From Neovahlkampfia damariscottae (Eukaryota), in the NCBI GenBank assembly GCA_016618085.1, contig JABLTG010000010.1, forward strand, positions 62,001 through 126,000: a stretch of 64,000 nt of DNA. Direction: 5' to 3'. The notes beneath the pieces were generated by a model. The model was not told the DNA's origin. It did not search any database and saw only the letters and a list, made by a program, of their open reading frames with translations. Position numbers and translations under genes: made by a program. Below are positions 26,018-38,818 of this stretch, in pieces (the stretch's first letter is position 1; every line of letters begins with the position of its first letter).

Positions 26018-28110
26018 TTAAAATGAGTATTGATGACATGTTCCACTTGTAAAACCGAAATGTGAATATGTTGATTTGAAGCTTTCACCACAAATCCAGC
26101 ACCAATTACAACCACATTTTGTGCATTTCATATGATTGCATCCACCACTTTTTTCAATATCTGTTTTACATTGAGGACATTTCTTTGAATTCTTTTGTGC
26201 CCATTCACTATACTGTTTTTCAGATTCTTGGGAATTCAATTTCCATTTCTGGTACTCCTCGCATGAAATACCATCATGATATGGAACTTTACATTGAATA
26301 CAAATCTTCATTTTACAATCTTCATTATTACAAATAATCATATTATCTTCAACTTCTGTATCGACAATCATTGCGTTGTTACATTTATCATTTAAACAAT
26401 AAATGACATTTTTCATTTGAGCTAATGCTTTTTTTAATGAAAATTCATCATATTTCTCAATTAGTTCTTGACTTACTAACTGTTTTAATTCAGATAATTT
26501 CATTTCTCTTTTGCATTTTAAATCCGGGCATCTAATTGAATCTGTTTCTCCACTTTTTATTTTTGAGGTAATGTATTCAATCAAACACTAAAATGTAAGT
26601 TATCAATTGATCAAATTTTTACTTCTCTACAAAATTTATGATCACATTCATCCATGATGTAAATATCTTTTGAAGATATTTCATCAAAACAGATTGAACA
26701 CTCAATCACCATTGTTTTTCTTTTCTCTCTTTCATTTGTTTTCTCTGAACTCAATTTGTCATCGTTTAATGATGAAATGGTATTTAGAACTATCCAATCA
26801 TCTGAATCATCAATATTGATGGAATGGTCAAGACTAATGATTGGACTGTGATAGCCTTTAACAGTTTTTTGAAAATTCTTCCATTCATCAAATGATTTAG
26901 GTCCTAAATCTTCATTTTCGACACGTAATATTTTTTCATTAAAAACCTTCTTTGCATTATCACCTAATTTTTTCACTCCATAACTCAGATACGAGTAGTA
27001 AGACTCTAAAGAATCAAAATCTTCAAAAATGTGAGGATTCTAAAATTTCATGTCAGAGAAATATTTGGTTCCTTACCATTTTCCTGTATTCAATATTTTC
27101 ACTGAGGATTTTTCTTAACTTTGAAAAATCTTCCCAACCTTCATAAGACAACCAACCATCATCATTTGGCTCTTCTTTTTGTAAGCTCGAAGGATATATT
27201 TCTAAAATGCATATTGATCTATTTTCAGATGTAAATTTCATCAATTTGGAGATCTATGAAATGTTAATTTTTTTTAAATTTTTTTACCTGCTCATCTCCA
27301 ATTCCTTCGTATCTTAAATCCAATTTACAGATGCTACTTGATGGATTATGTAATAAGGAATCGATTAGATCATCACATCCTTTCGCTCCAATTCCAGTTT
27401 TTGATAAATTCAAATCATCCAATTTTGTATTGTATTTCAATGAGTAAAATGAAGGAACTGCTTTGATATGGTTTTCACTCAAGTTTAATTTCTTCAAAGT
27501 ATTGTTATTTGTCAAGCATGACAGAATTGCGTTCGCTCCTTTCAAACCAATGAAATTTTTTGATAAATCTAATTGCTTTAGTTGTGTACCGTTTAGAAGA
27601 AAATTTGAAATTGCTATTGCATGATTATCTGTGATATTTTGATTAGACAATAGTAACAATGTTATTTCTCTTCAAAATATTTTTTAACAAAAAAAAAGCA
27701 AAACCTTCCAGAGATTATATTCTCATTATAAATAGTGTTTATCAAAAAATTTGGTATGATTTTATTTTGTTGACATTGATGACCTTATTATAAAAATTCA
27801 AAAAAATTAACAAATTTACTGTATTCTGACATCATACGATAATGATTTCTATTTCGAAAAAAAAAATTAAAAGAAATCAAGTTCAAAACCTCCTTGTAAA
27901 ATACTCTAATAAAATTAAAAATGAATTTTTTTTTAAACCTTTGTTTTGAACTGCAACAAAGTCTTGTATTGGATACCAAATTTGATTCGAAAGTTGAACA
28001 CCTTCTTTCGAGACTGATAAGACTATAAATTTCGGTTCTGTTATTTTTCCATTGACTAATTGTTGAACTACGTCACCTGCTAGTATCTTAGGTACCACTG
28101 TATTTCCCAT
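26018..28110 (-). CDS. RBR (RING1-IBR-RING2) E3 ubiquitin ligase with RNI-type LRRs and an MG N-terminus, about 7 introns
   Basis: Exons join in frame from MGNTVV through LRRs ('LKQLDLSKNFIGLKGA') to 'CSICFD...CDHKFCREC', IBR and 'CPQCKTDIEKSGGCNHMKC'. Confidence 0.8.
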
Positions 28111-28229
28111 TTTTTACAAGTTCAAGTTGAAGTTGAACAGAAAAGCAAATGAAACTTAATCCAATCAAACCAAACCGGAAAATAAACCAATCAGGATGAT
28201 TGTGAAAAATAATTTATTTTTGAGAAAAA

Positions 28230-29440
28230 TTACCACCATTCTGATAATAATGATTTTGACTGTTCTGGGTCACCAAATGGACATGAACATTCATGATCTT
28301 CATTTAAACTTGGATGAGCATCTTTGTTTGAAGGATCACGAAAATATTTCAACCAAAAAGCTCTATCAAAAGCTTTAAGAAATTCAAAATCTGGACTACT
28401 TTCAAAATCTGGATCCGAGTCTATAATTTGTGTCACCAAATCATCAATTTCTTTATGAGTCGAAAATTTGAAAGAAGTTTGTTGAATTTTACAGTTTTCT
28501 CTGATATCATTTGGAACATCCCTTTTTGAAGAATTTAAACATTTTTTTTTCTTTACCATTGAATTTCACATTTTCCTTTTTGTTTTAATTGTTTTAAATA
28601 GTTATCAATTGTGCTTCTGTATTTTGGTGTTACATTCAATTGAGTGAGTATATCTTCAACAAAATGTTGACAATTTGCAGATGTTTGATTGTATGATTTA
28701 TTTGAATTCCATTCACAAATTACTTTTGCAAGTTTATCAATATAACTGTCAATTTTAACGTCTTTACTCAAAAGTAATTCACTCATATCAACAGCAATAA
28801 TAGCAGCACTACTATAACATTTTCTTGGAATACATAAACTTGATGAATTCCACTCCAAGTACCATGGACCAACTTTTAAAAAAAAAATAAATTGTTTTTT
28901 TTTTCTTACCAATTAAAGCAGAATGAAAAAAACCAACTGATCCACCAACACTAAAAGTTGATAATAATGGTGATAATAATTTTCTTGCAGTCACTTCTGA
29001 TTGAGTTTTTGCAATTTCAGCAATAACAAGTTTAACTTTTACTTTTTCTCCAATTTTATCTTTCGATTCTGCCATTTTGTCAAATTGTTCAGATGTAAAT
29101 TTAAAATCATCATCATCTTCTTCTTTTGGCATTTTCACACCATCCAAATCACTCATACTCTGTTCAGATTTTGAAGTAAAAAAAGAAGTTCTGCTATTGT
29201 TATCTGTTGGTAAACTATTGAACTTTTTTGGATTTTAAATGATTTTTTTTAATTTACCATTTGTTTTATAGCGTCAAAGTCTTTGTTTAGATACGCCTTT
29301 TTTAAGCTTTTTGGATCACTCAAATTTTTGGCATAAGCTCGAATTTCTTCTTCTTTCATAAGGTTTGCCCTTTTTATATTATTTTGAATCTTTTTACTGA
29401 CTTCAGTAATTGGATCTTTTTTCTTTTTTCCAAACACCAT
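28230..29440 (-). CDS. PPPDE/DeSI-like permuted papain-fold peptidase, 3 introns
   Basis: Catalytic-type 'GFFHSALI' His and 'YNQTSANCQHF' Cys motifs. Confidence 0.65.
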
Positions 29441-29519
29441 ACTTCTGATTGATTGGTTCAAAAAAGCTATTGATTTTATTGGACAAATTCTTTATCAACA
29501 AAAAACACCAAAAAAAAAC

Positions 29520-31461
29520 ATGAATTTTGTAATTGTGAAAATAATTTCTAAACAATTTTTAACAGTATAACTTGGCATCTGATGAAAGTTCTCAATGTTT
29601 CATTATCAATTTCAAAAACACAAATATTTTGGTTGACTGTTCTTTGAACGTAAATTCTTTACTTTCGCAAACTAACTCAAAAAATGAAATTAAAACAAAC
29701 AAAAAAAGAAAAATTGATCAACTTCAAGAAACAGAAGAAAAAAAAATTTCCATCATCACAAAATCAGAAAAAGAATACTTGAATGTTCAACAGATAAAGC
29801 TTGATATACCATCTATAGTATCATTTGATATGTCTTCAGTTGATTTAATCTTAATTTCAAATTTTAAAAATATTTTATGTTTGCCTTTTATCACTGAGAA
29901 AACCAAATTTAAAGGAAAAATTTTATCAACAGAACCAACAATCAAAATTGGTGAAAAATTGATGACTGAAATATCTACAGAATTGAAATTGAATGAAGAA
30001 AGTGCACAACATTATGAAACAAAAAATTTGGAACCTTTAAAGCTTGATTATCTTTTGAAATGGAAAAATGTTTTTTCATTGGAAGAAATTCACTCTTGTA
30101 TTGAAAAAATACAAACAATTTCATTTGAAGAATACATTGATATTTATGGACAATTTAAAGTTTCGGCTGTCTCTTCAGGTTTTTCCATTGGATCTGCGAA
30201 TTGGTGCTTAGAGAGTGAATTTGAAAAAATTGTTGTTCTAAGTTCTTCATCTTCTTCGACTTCAAGACATCCACAAGAATTCCAAATAGAGCCATTGAAA
30301 AATGCCAATGTAGCCATTTTTTCAGACATTTCAGATTCAAATGAAAATTCAACACCAGACACAATGCTTACGGAGTTATGTAAAAATATTGGAAATACAA
30401 TAAGTAATGGAGGTGATGTATTGATACCTTGCCATTCAAGTGGAATAATATATGATTTAATTGATTACTTAAGAAAGTATTTGAACTCTTTAAATTTACA
30501 TTCAACCAACATGTACTTTGTTTCACCAACTTCAGAATTTTCATTGGCTTATTCAAACATTTCATCAGAATGGTTATGTGAAACAAAACAAGTCAAATCA
30601 TATGAAGCAAATGATCCATTTGACCATGGTTCGATGTTGAAAAGTGGAGATTTGAAAATATTCACTGGATTGGACACAAAATTTGCAAATGTTTTTCATC
30701 AAAACAGAGCAAATCCTTGTATAATTTTTGCAGGGGATCCTTCATTACGTTTTGGTGAAGTTATTCATTTGATGAAATTATTCAACAAAAATCCAAAAAA
30801 CTCAATGATTTTGATTGAACCAGAATACAATTTTGAGAAGACAATTGGAATTTATAAAGAGAATTTAGTGATGCAAGTTGTTTCATGTCCTATTGATTTA
30901 AGGATGAATCAATATGAACTGGTACAATTGATCAATCAAATCACTCCGGAAAATATAATCTTGCCGAATTTTCTCATTAAAAACGAAGAAATTTCAAACA
31001 ACAAGAAGGTTATATTTTCAAAGTATCTTGATTCTTTTCAAATTGATTTGCAAAATAAATTTGAAAAAGCAAAAATTGATGTAAAATTAGCCAAACAAAT
31101 TCATCCCATTTTTTTGAATGAATTGAACGTATCAATGATCCATGCAACTTTAGAATCAAAAGATGGTAATCATACATTATCTTCAATAGATGATTCCAAA
31201 GCACATTCATTGTTTGGTGACTTGAAAATCCAAGAAATATTCAAGTCATTGGAAAAAGTAAAAATCAACATTTACTAACTCTGAAAGCATGGATGTAAAG
31301 ATTATAAAGTTGAAAAAATAGGATATGGTGAATTTAAAATTTGTATCTCTGATGGAAACTATTTAACTATTTCAAATGAAAAAACCAAAATTGAAACAAA
31401 TTCATCACAAAAGAGAAAATTATTGAAGACTGTGATAATTGAAAATTTTTATGTTTTATAA
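29520..31461 (+). CDS. INTS9: Integrator complex subunit 9 (inactive MBL/beta-CASP), 2 introns
   Basis: 'ILVDCSL', 'VDLILISN', 'LPFITE.T.FKGKI..TEPT', 'SSGFSIGSANW', 'GGDVLIPCHSSGIIYDL', 'CPIDLR'. Confidence 0.93.
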
Positions 31462-31478
31462 AAAAATTTATTTCAAAG

Positions 31479-33543
31479 TTATTCGTCAACTGGAATTTCA
31501 AATTCTTTCATCATATTTGTTAGTTCATTGTGTATTTGAAGAAACAATGATTTTTGTTTTTTTTTCTTTCTTTTTTCAATTGTGTTTGTTCCTGGTGTGG
31601 ATGATTGCACAACCTTTTCGGAACCTAATGATTTATGTTTATTTGAAGATGAATTCAATAATGAATTCAAATCATTTCCAAGAATTGACTTTTCCCTCAA
31701 TGATTTTCTATTGTTTCCTGTCATTGAATCAGGCAGTGAATAAATACTTGGACTTCTTGTATTGACAGGTGAATCTATTGTATCAGGTGCCAAAGAATTT
31801 GGTAATTTTGGTTTTTTATCCACAATATTATTGAGAACATGTTCGAATTTTGGTTTATCTTCATTATCTCTGTCAGTTGGTATTGGACTATCATGATTAA
31901 ATGAACCATTTTTTTTTTTCAAAGGCATCAACATTGTTTTTCCCTTTCCTTTTAAAGTTGCATTGAGGGGTTCTTCTGACATTACAATTTTTACTTGACC
32001 ATCATTTGCGTCATCTTCTTCTTCCTCTTCTTGTCGTTTTTTTACGATTGGAGTAACTGATCTTCTTGCATTGATCTTTAGTAATTTAGAAGTTGTGTTT
32101 TGTAAATCTTCTTCCCTTCTTTCATTTTCTTCCTCTTCTGCTACTCTTTTAAAATCAACCAATGAAACTTTCTTGAAGTGACCAAGTGATTTTCTTTTGC
32201 TGTCATTTCTTTTGAGAGAAGTTGATTGCTGTAAACCATAACTTTGATAAAATGAAGGATGATTCCAAGCAAATGGACTATGCGGTAAAGATGCAATGTT
32301 TTTTGTATCTTCTTTTGATAATTGTCTTAACAATTTGCTCAATACTAAATTATGAATAGCCAATGATTTCTCTTCGATAACTTTTCTTTCACTTGCAAAA
32401 AATATACTTTCTTCAATCGCTTTGAACCATGAATTCAGGTCTTTTTCATTCTCTGCATGCACAGAAAAGCATCTTTCGTAATTTGTCAACGCAAAAGCAG
32501 TTCCTTCCTCTTTTTCTATAACACAATCTTTTAAATCAATGCTTTGAATTGGGTCAGCAGCTTTTTGGTCTTTTGAAAAAAAAATTAATTATTTTTTTGT
32601 AACCTTTGTAATATGCCAATTGGCCATTTTTCAAAATGAAAAACCTCTTTTTTTTAGTTAAATTAAAAGATCCTTTTCCTTTCTTTGATAAAAATCCACT
32701 CTTTGTCACTGTGTTTTCAATTTCAGATTTTAAGAAATTTCTTGGATCCAAATAAATCTGTCTTAGATTTAAGTAATATATATCAGCTCTGAGAGACATA
32801 ATCCAATTCAGAGCAGTGTCGGTATTATCTTATTTCTTTAATTTTTTTTTTTTTTTTTACCTGCACATAAATAAGTATAAGCACCTGAAATTGAAGTCAA
32901 GTTGAATAATATTCTTGTTTTTTCTTTTGGATCTAAACAAGTTACCATTGATTCTACATCTAAATTGAATACTTCTTCCGGAAGAGCATCTCCTTTTTGT
33001 TTGAAAACTACAATTTTATCTTCAATGACAACAATGTATCTTTTTTTCCAATTTATTTTATCTTCACATTGTTTTTGAATGTAGCCTTTCATGTAAAGAA
33101 CTGACGTTGAAAAATCTTGTTTTTTTTTTTTGTTAATTGTTTTTTTTTTGTTTCAAACCTCTACTGAAAGTATCTGAGCGGAATTTCTTTTTCAAATATT
33201 TTTGTTGTATAAAATGTTTTCTGATAAAGAGTGGGTCATTTCCTAGTGGTTTTTCAAAAGGAAATAAATTCGTCTCCCAGAAAGTGTTGACTTCTACATT
33301 TCCTTTCATCAGTTTATATTCTTTTTCACTCCAATTGTCAAGTGTTATACTTTTTACCATGGCCATTTTTCCAAGTGATCTGTGGACAGAGGAACATTGT
33401 GTACATAAAAAGTTTCCAAGCACTACGTTGGCAAACGAGGTATCTTTATTAAGACAATCACAACAGTGTTTGTTTTCTTGCTTTTGAGCAAGTAGTTTTA
33501 ATTTTTCTGTGAAATCTTCATTTTGCTTCTTTTCCTCAGTCAT
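31479..33543 (-). CDS. ArfGAP with two PH domains (ADAP/centaurin-alpha-like), about 3 introns
   Basis: 'CCDC...CTQCSSVHRSL...VKSITLDNW'; PH domains 'KGYIQKQ...WKKRY' and 'KSGFLSKKG...KKRFFIL'. Confidence 0.85.
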
Positions 33544-33686
33544 GGCAACTTTTGATTGGTCCAAATCAATTTGTTTGGAATGTCAATTTGATGGATGAGT
33601 TAGAAAAAAAAGTCTCAAACCATAAGGATACTAGGTTCTGACAAAAAAAATGAGTCACAATTGGTATATCAATCCAAGAATTTTAT

Positions 33687-35066
33687 TTAATTTTTTCTTG
33701 TTATTTTTATTTTGATATTTCCATTTGGAGCCAAATAAGACACATTTTGCCAATTATTTTCAACATCTTTTTCTTCAACAAATTCACAATCAAAATGTTT
33801 TAACATAATAATTGCAAATAATTTGATTTCATTTGTTGCAAAATGTCTTCCTGGACATAAATGAATTCCTCCTCCATATGGAATTTGTGATTTCTTAACT
33901 CTTTCCGGAATTTTTCCTTTGAATCTTTCTGGATTATACATTTTTGGATTTTCAAAGAACTCTGGATTTTGATACGCAGTTGGCATCATGAACATTCTAT
34001 CTCCTTTTCTTAATTTGTAATTTTTTGAATTGACTTCAATAGTAGTATCATCAACAACTTGTCTTAATGAAATACCAGCATTGTGGAATCTATTGGATTC
34101 AAGGTACGCTCCTTGTAGAATTTCCATTGAATCAATTGACTTTTCATAATGTTCAATTGAGAATTTATCAGAAATTTCTTCAATAATTTTCTTTTTTGTT
34201 TGTGGATCTTTCATGATATCATAGAATGTCCAAAATGAAGCGTTGATTGTATTTGTTTGGGAAGCTCCTAACATTCCATATCCAATTTCAGCAATTTCAC
34301 TTTTTGTTTTCCCATCTGTTTGTTTACTGACAAATTCACAAGCTTTTGATAAATCCGATTTTAAAATTCTTTCTTTCACTCTTTCCCTTGCTGCAAAGGC
34401 GTCTGATACTAAAAATCTTGGAAATCCATTTGCAATCAATTTCAAACTATCATCAAATTTGAAGAAATCAACTTCTGTCGCATCAGAATCAAAGTCTTCA
34501 CCTAAAATTGATTTTGAGCTTGAATAGAACAAAACAGTGCGAACAAATTTTTGTAAGTCAACAACTAATTCACCATTTGTATTGTATTTGTCAAAATATT
34601 TGTTTACTTTTTCCAAAGTAAGTCTTCCATAAACTTTGGTTAAGTTTTCAAGTGGTTCACCTTGAAGGTATTTTGAAACAGCCATGGCAGCACCTCTTAA
34701 TTTTGTGACATCTAAAGATGATTTATCAACAGTTTCTCCTTTTATCCTTTGACTCATTTCATGCATTACTGGAGTGAATGAAAAACTCTTTGGTTTTCTT
34801 TGAATCACACTAAAAGCATCAACGTCTGTAATGATGTGAATTCTGTTGCCAAACAAGTAAATGGTAAAAATGCTTCCATATTTTTCTGATATTTCTTTTA
34901 TGTAAGGGTAAAAACCAACTCTTGCCACATCCAATGCCACTCCAAGAAATGGAATAATTCCTCTGAAATAAACAGGTTCTCCTTTCTTATTTGTTTTACC
35001 ATTGAAGTAAAGGAAAGACGTCAAATACACAGCTATTAGTGCTCCGACTATGACCCACAAAAGCAT
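33687..35066 (-). CDS. Cytochrome P450, CYP7/CYP8-like clan, intronless
   Basis: N-terminal TM; I-helix 'GASQTNTINASFW'; ExxR 'ESNR'; 'YNPERF'; heme motif 'PYGGGIHLCPGRHFA'. Confidence 0.93.
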   Translation of the reverse strand: MLLWVIVGALIAVYLTSFLYFNGKTNKKGEPVYFRGIIPFLGVALDVARVGFYPYIKEISEKYGSIFTIYLFGNRIHIITDVDAFSVIQRKPKSFSFTPVMHEMSQRIKGETVDKSSLDVTKLRGAAMAVSKYLQGEPLENLTKVYGRLTLEKVNKYFDKYNTNGELVVDLQKFVRTVLFYSSSKSILGEDFDSDATEVDFFKFDDSLKLIANGFPRFLVSDAFAARERVKERILKSDLSKACEFVSKQTDGKTKSEIAEIGYGMLGASQTNTINASFWTFYDIMKDPQTKKKIIEEISDKFSIEHYEKSIDSMEILQGAYLESNRFHNAGISLRQVVDDTTIEVNSKNYKLRKGDRMFMMPTAYQNPEFFENPKMYNPERFKGKIPERVKKSQIPYGGGIHLCPGRHFATNEIKLFAIIMLKHFDCEFVEEKDVENNWQNVSYLAPNGNIKIKITRKN

Positions 35067-35100
35067 CTTCTAAATTTCTGTTGTCCAATCAACATCTTGG

Positions 35101-35152
35101 TTCTATTTATAGTTGAACGGGTAAATAAAAAACTCCGAGAAGTGCTAATTGG
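35101..35152. promoter_or_regulatory. P450 promoter with a TATA box (CTATAAATAGAA, minus strand), AACTCCGAGAAG and ATTGG
   Basis: The same motifs recur at 38078, 58670, 60206-60235 and 61700. Confidence 0.6.
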
Positions 35153-35297
35153 ACTGTTATGTCATTAGAACTGCTTTTTTTGATGTTTTAGAAGCTTAGC
35201 TCTGTTTTTATTCGAGTCAAGGGAAAATAGTGGATAAAATTTTGATTGGTTGTTCCAAAAATTAATTTTTCTCACTTATTTCATTGCAATGAGAAAT

Positions 35298-36687
35298 TTA
35301 TTCTAATTTTTCTCTTTCCTTCAATTCCTTTTCACTTGCTAATTTCAACCCTTTCAAATATTCCATCAAAGTCACTCTTGATTTTTTGATAAAAGATGAA
35401 TGAGAAATGAATGGTAATTTTCTCAAAAATCTCCCACTCACATTTTGCAAATTTTCAGTGATCTCATATAAAAGAATGGATTTCTCATTTGTCTTTGCTT
35501 TTGGATCATTCCAATTTGGAAAATCTTCATTTGGGCTGATAATTCCAACTCGACACAATTCCAACAAACATGATCTAATAATTTCATATCTGGCTTCTTG
35601 TCTTGGATTTCCAATATATAATTTTAAATCTGCTCTATCAACGAATGCTAAATCAATAGCTTTTGTAATATTTGAAGTTGTTAAAATCAAAACATTTTTA
35701 TATTTCTTCAAAGAATCAATTTGAGTTAATAATGCATTGACAACTCGAATAGAATCAGATGGTTCAGATCCAGAGAGAGCTGATTTCCTTGCTGCTGATA
35801 ATGATTCAACTTCATCAATCAATACACAAACAAACATATTTTCATCTTCAACAAGTTCTTTAATTTTTCCAAATAATTTCATCACTAATTTACCAGATTC
35901 CGAGAACCATTTTGAAAATAATGAATGTGAATTTATTTCAACTAAAACACTATTTTGATACCTATGTGATAAACGAATTGACATTTTTTGAGCTAAGCCT
36001 TTGCAAAGAGATGTTTTTCCAGTTCCTGAATTTTAATCATTTCAAATTGATTACCTGGAGGTCCGTGTAATAAAATAACTCTATTCCAATTTATCAAAGA
36101 TGTATTTACTCCTTTGTCTGAAAATAACATCGCAGTAAAACTTGTTAAATTTTTAGACTTTCAAATTGAACATACCTATAATCAAGTAAATTTGTTTTTA
36201 CTCCTTCTTCAAAAATTAAACTATCCCATAACCCATGGAAGTCTGAATTTGGCAATATCCATTCTGAATAAGCTGGAAGGTTTTCTTCTTCTTCTGTAGC
36301 TTCTTCGCCTTCTCCTTCTTCGTTATATTGAAAAACATAAATTTCAAAAATGCATTGATTAAAGGTAACGATTCCATTCGTTTTTTTATTCTCATCTGAG
36401 ATGTGATTTAAATATTTTTTGAAGAATTTACCGATGTCCAGGTGAATGTAAGACAAGTTTTTTGATAAAAATACATCTGAACTGAAATCTACATTTTTAT
36501 CCATAAAGTTGAGCTGTTTTTTAGTTGAAATTAAATTACTTTTGACGAAACTAAAAATTCGTTCACCAAGACTTCTATTTTTTTGTGGTCAATGGTACAA
36601 TTTGATTTTAAGCATGCCTCAACTATGAATTCTATTAATTATTTATCAAATACCGTGAACTAAAAATTTTTCTGAATTATCTTCCAT
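35298..36687 (-). CDS. TRIP13: Pachytene checkpoint protein 2 / TRIP13 AAA+ ATPase, multi-intron
   Basis: '[10 protein letters not shown]', '[20 protein letters not shown]', '[19 protein letters not shown]', '[17 protein letters not shown]'. Confidence 0.95.
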
Positions 36688-36892
36688 CTTTCGTTCAAAA
36701 AAAGGCGAAAAAAATAAATGAAGGTTATTGGTTGATTTTCCATCACAAAAAGGCGCGGAAACTGTTGAATTTTTTGAAGATTCACCAATTATTGATGATC
36801 AAAGAATGATTGTTTGAATGTGATTTGATGAATATACAATACTTTTTTATTGATTGTTTTTGATGATAATCATTATTGTTAACAGAATTTGA

Positions 36893-37849
36893 TCAATATT
36901 TGATATCCAAATCAACAAATGATCCATTTTTCAATGAATTGAAAAGAAAATCTTTTGTATAACTTGAAAAACTATCCTTTGTGACATCCAAACGTGACAT
37001 GTCATCATAAATCACCATTGATCCATTCCAACCAGCATAACTGTAAATATAAACATCTTGGTGGTATCTAACAATACAACTGGAGTGCATTTCAAGGTAT
37101 CTTGATGACCAATCACCTCCATCAAAATCATCTAATTTTTTTGATTCCAGATTGTAAACATAAATTTTTGAATCGTATTTAAAGCCTCCAATAAAATACA
37201 CCAAATTTCCAATCAAATTCATTGTATGATATCTCGTTGACAAAAATTCAGCCGAAAAAACTATTTTAATCAATGATTTTTTGTAATCCAAAAAATAAAA
37301 ATTTGGATCCATTCTTGAGATAAAATACAAATCATCATTGTTATTCCTAATAAAAATACCATTATCTCCAAACTGAAAGTTCTTTTTATCCAAAAGAAAT
37401 TCTTTTAATGTCCAATTCGAGTTTTTCAACTTTCCATCTTCATACATCAAAGGAAAAGAATAAAAATTTGCATTAATTCCACCACATACCAGTAATTCTT
37501 CGTTATAAATAATAGATGCGTGAAAATTCATTTGAAGGTTTGTTTCCATTTCCTGAATTATTTTCTCTTCACACAGAGAAAAGACATAAAGAGTTTTGCC
37601 ATTAAATATGATAACTTCATTTTTTTCTTCATGATAATTACATGAAAATCCAGTTACTTTTTGTAAAAATTCTAAAGAAATGGATTTTTCCCATGTTGAA
37701 GTTTTGACATCGAAAATTTGAATTGAGTCTTCTTCTGAGTCTTTGATATATCCTCCAAAAACATAAATTTTATTTTTTATCGGTAGAATTTTGTGACCAA
37801 ATCTACCTCGTGGTTTAGCGTGTGCACAGTTTGTTTGGAGTTTTTCCAT
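36893..37849 (-). CDS. Kelch-repeat protein, intronless
   Basis: 'PRGRFGH...KIYVFGG', 'RYHTMNLIGNLVYFIGG', 'MHSSC...YAGWNG'. Confidence 0.8.
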   Translation of the reverse strand: MEKLQTNCAHAKPRGRFGHKILPIKNKIYVFGGYIKDSEEDSIQIFDVKTSTWEKSISLEFLQKVTGFSCNYHEEKNEVIIFNGKTLYVFSLCEEKIIQEMETNLQMNFHASIIYNEELLVCGGINANFYSFPLMYEDGKLKNSNWTLKEFLLDKKNFQFGDNGIFIRNNNDDLYFISRMDPNFYFLDYKKSLIKIVFSAEFLSTRYHTMNLIGNLVYFIGGFKYDSKIYVYNLESKKLDDFDGGDWSSRYLEMHSSCIVRYHQDVYIYSYAGWNGSMVIYDDMSRLDVTKDSFSSYTKDFLFNSLKNGSFVDLDIKY

Positions 37850-38077
37850 GAAGTTGAAAGTTGTGATTGGTCAAAAATAGTATTGAAAACAGATCGACGA
37901 GATGGTACATGCTGATAAAGTTGTTCTGATCAGAGATAAATAGCCCGAATTAGGCTATTCAATATCCATATTTAGTGATTTCAGTACATTCTTATTGGTT
38001 AAAGAAAAACTCACACTGTTGAACTGTAGAAGAAAAAATGTCATAGGCCGACTTGTAATGATCTTGATCTTGATCTC

Positions 38078-38089
38078 CTATAAATAGAA
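38078..38089 (+). promoter_or_regulatory. TATA box of the lipocalin gene
   Basis: CTATAAATAGAA ending 31 nt before the ATG. Confidence 0.6.
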
Positions 38090-38120
38090 AAGATATTATT
38101 GAACAAAATTTACCAGAAAC

Positions 38121-38705
38121 ATGAAACTTCTATTTTTGTTTGCTTTTTGCTTTGCTTTGTACTCTTCAATTGACACTGTTGATAAATGTCCGGATATTGA
38201 AACAGTTGATTTAGATTTACAAAAGTTCTCCGGTAACTGGTACGAAGTTGGTATTTCTCCTTTTGCTAAATATGTCTTCCAACCTGGTTGCCATTGTGTT
38301 GCTTCAAAATATTCAAAAACAAATGAACCAAATCTTCTTGATACAGTTAGTAGATGTAACCTCATGAAAAAAGATGGAGTCGTTATGAAATTACCTGGAA
38401 CGTTACTTCAACCATTTCAAAAAAATCGAGGAAAACTACTTACAAGTTTCTTTCCTGGAGTCTATTTTCCTTATTGGGTTTTGGATACAGATTATGAAAG
38501 TTATGCTGTTGTTTGGTCCTGTTTTCAATTAGGAATGTCAAGCAAAAGAAATGTTTGGATCATTTCAAGAACACCAACAATTGATAAAACTGCTTACGAT
38601 AAAATCATCAAAAAGATTAAAGAAAAAACAGGTAAAGCTGGATTTGATGTTGCAACTTTAATTAAACAAGACAATGAAGGTTGTAAATTTGATGATAATA
38701 ATTGA
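38121..38705 (+). CDS. Secreted lipocalin (apolipoprotein D/Blc-like)
   Basis: Signal peptide; 'FSGNWYEV', 'YWVLDTDYESYAVVWSC', 'VWIISRTP'. Confidence 0.93.
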   Translation: MKLLFLFAFCFALYSSIDTVDKCPDIETVDLDLQKFSGNWYEVGISPFAKYVFQPGCHCVASKYSKTNEPNLLDTVSRCNLMKKDGVVMKLPGTLLQPFQKNRGKLLTSFFPGVYFPYWVLDTDYESYAVVWSCFQLGMSSKRNVWIISRTPTIDKTAYDKIIKKIKEKTGKAGFDVATLIKQDNEGCKFDDNN

Positions 38706-38818
38706 TAAATTGTTTTCTTTCTGATTCATTAATTTTAGTTGTTAAATTCGTGCAATATCAACTGTTTTCTTTGAGTGTTTAAATGGATGGGAAAGAAAAA
38801 ACTCCACCAATTAAATTA

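Noticed and set aside
37925..37959. Short palindromes TCTGATCAGA and AATAGCC-N7-GGCTATT between the Kelch and lipocalin genes
   Set aside because: Too short and not repeated elsewhere; could be chance
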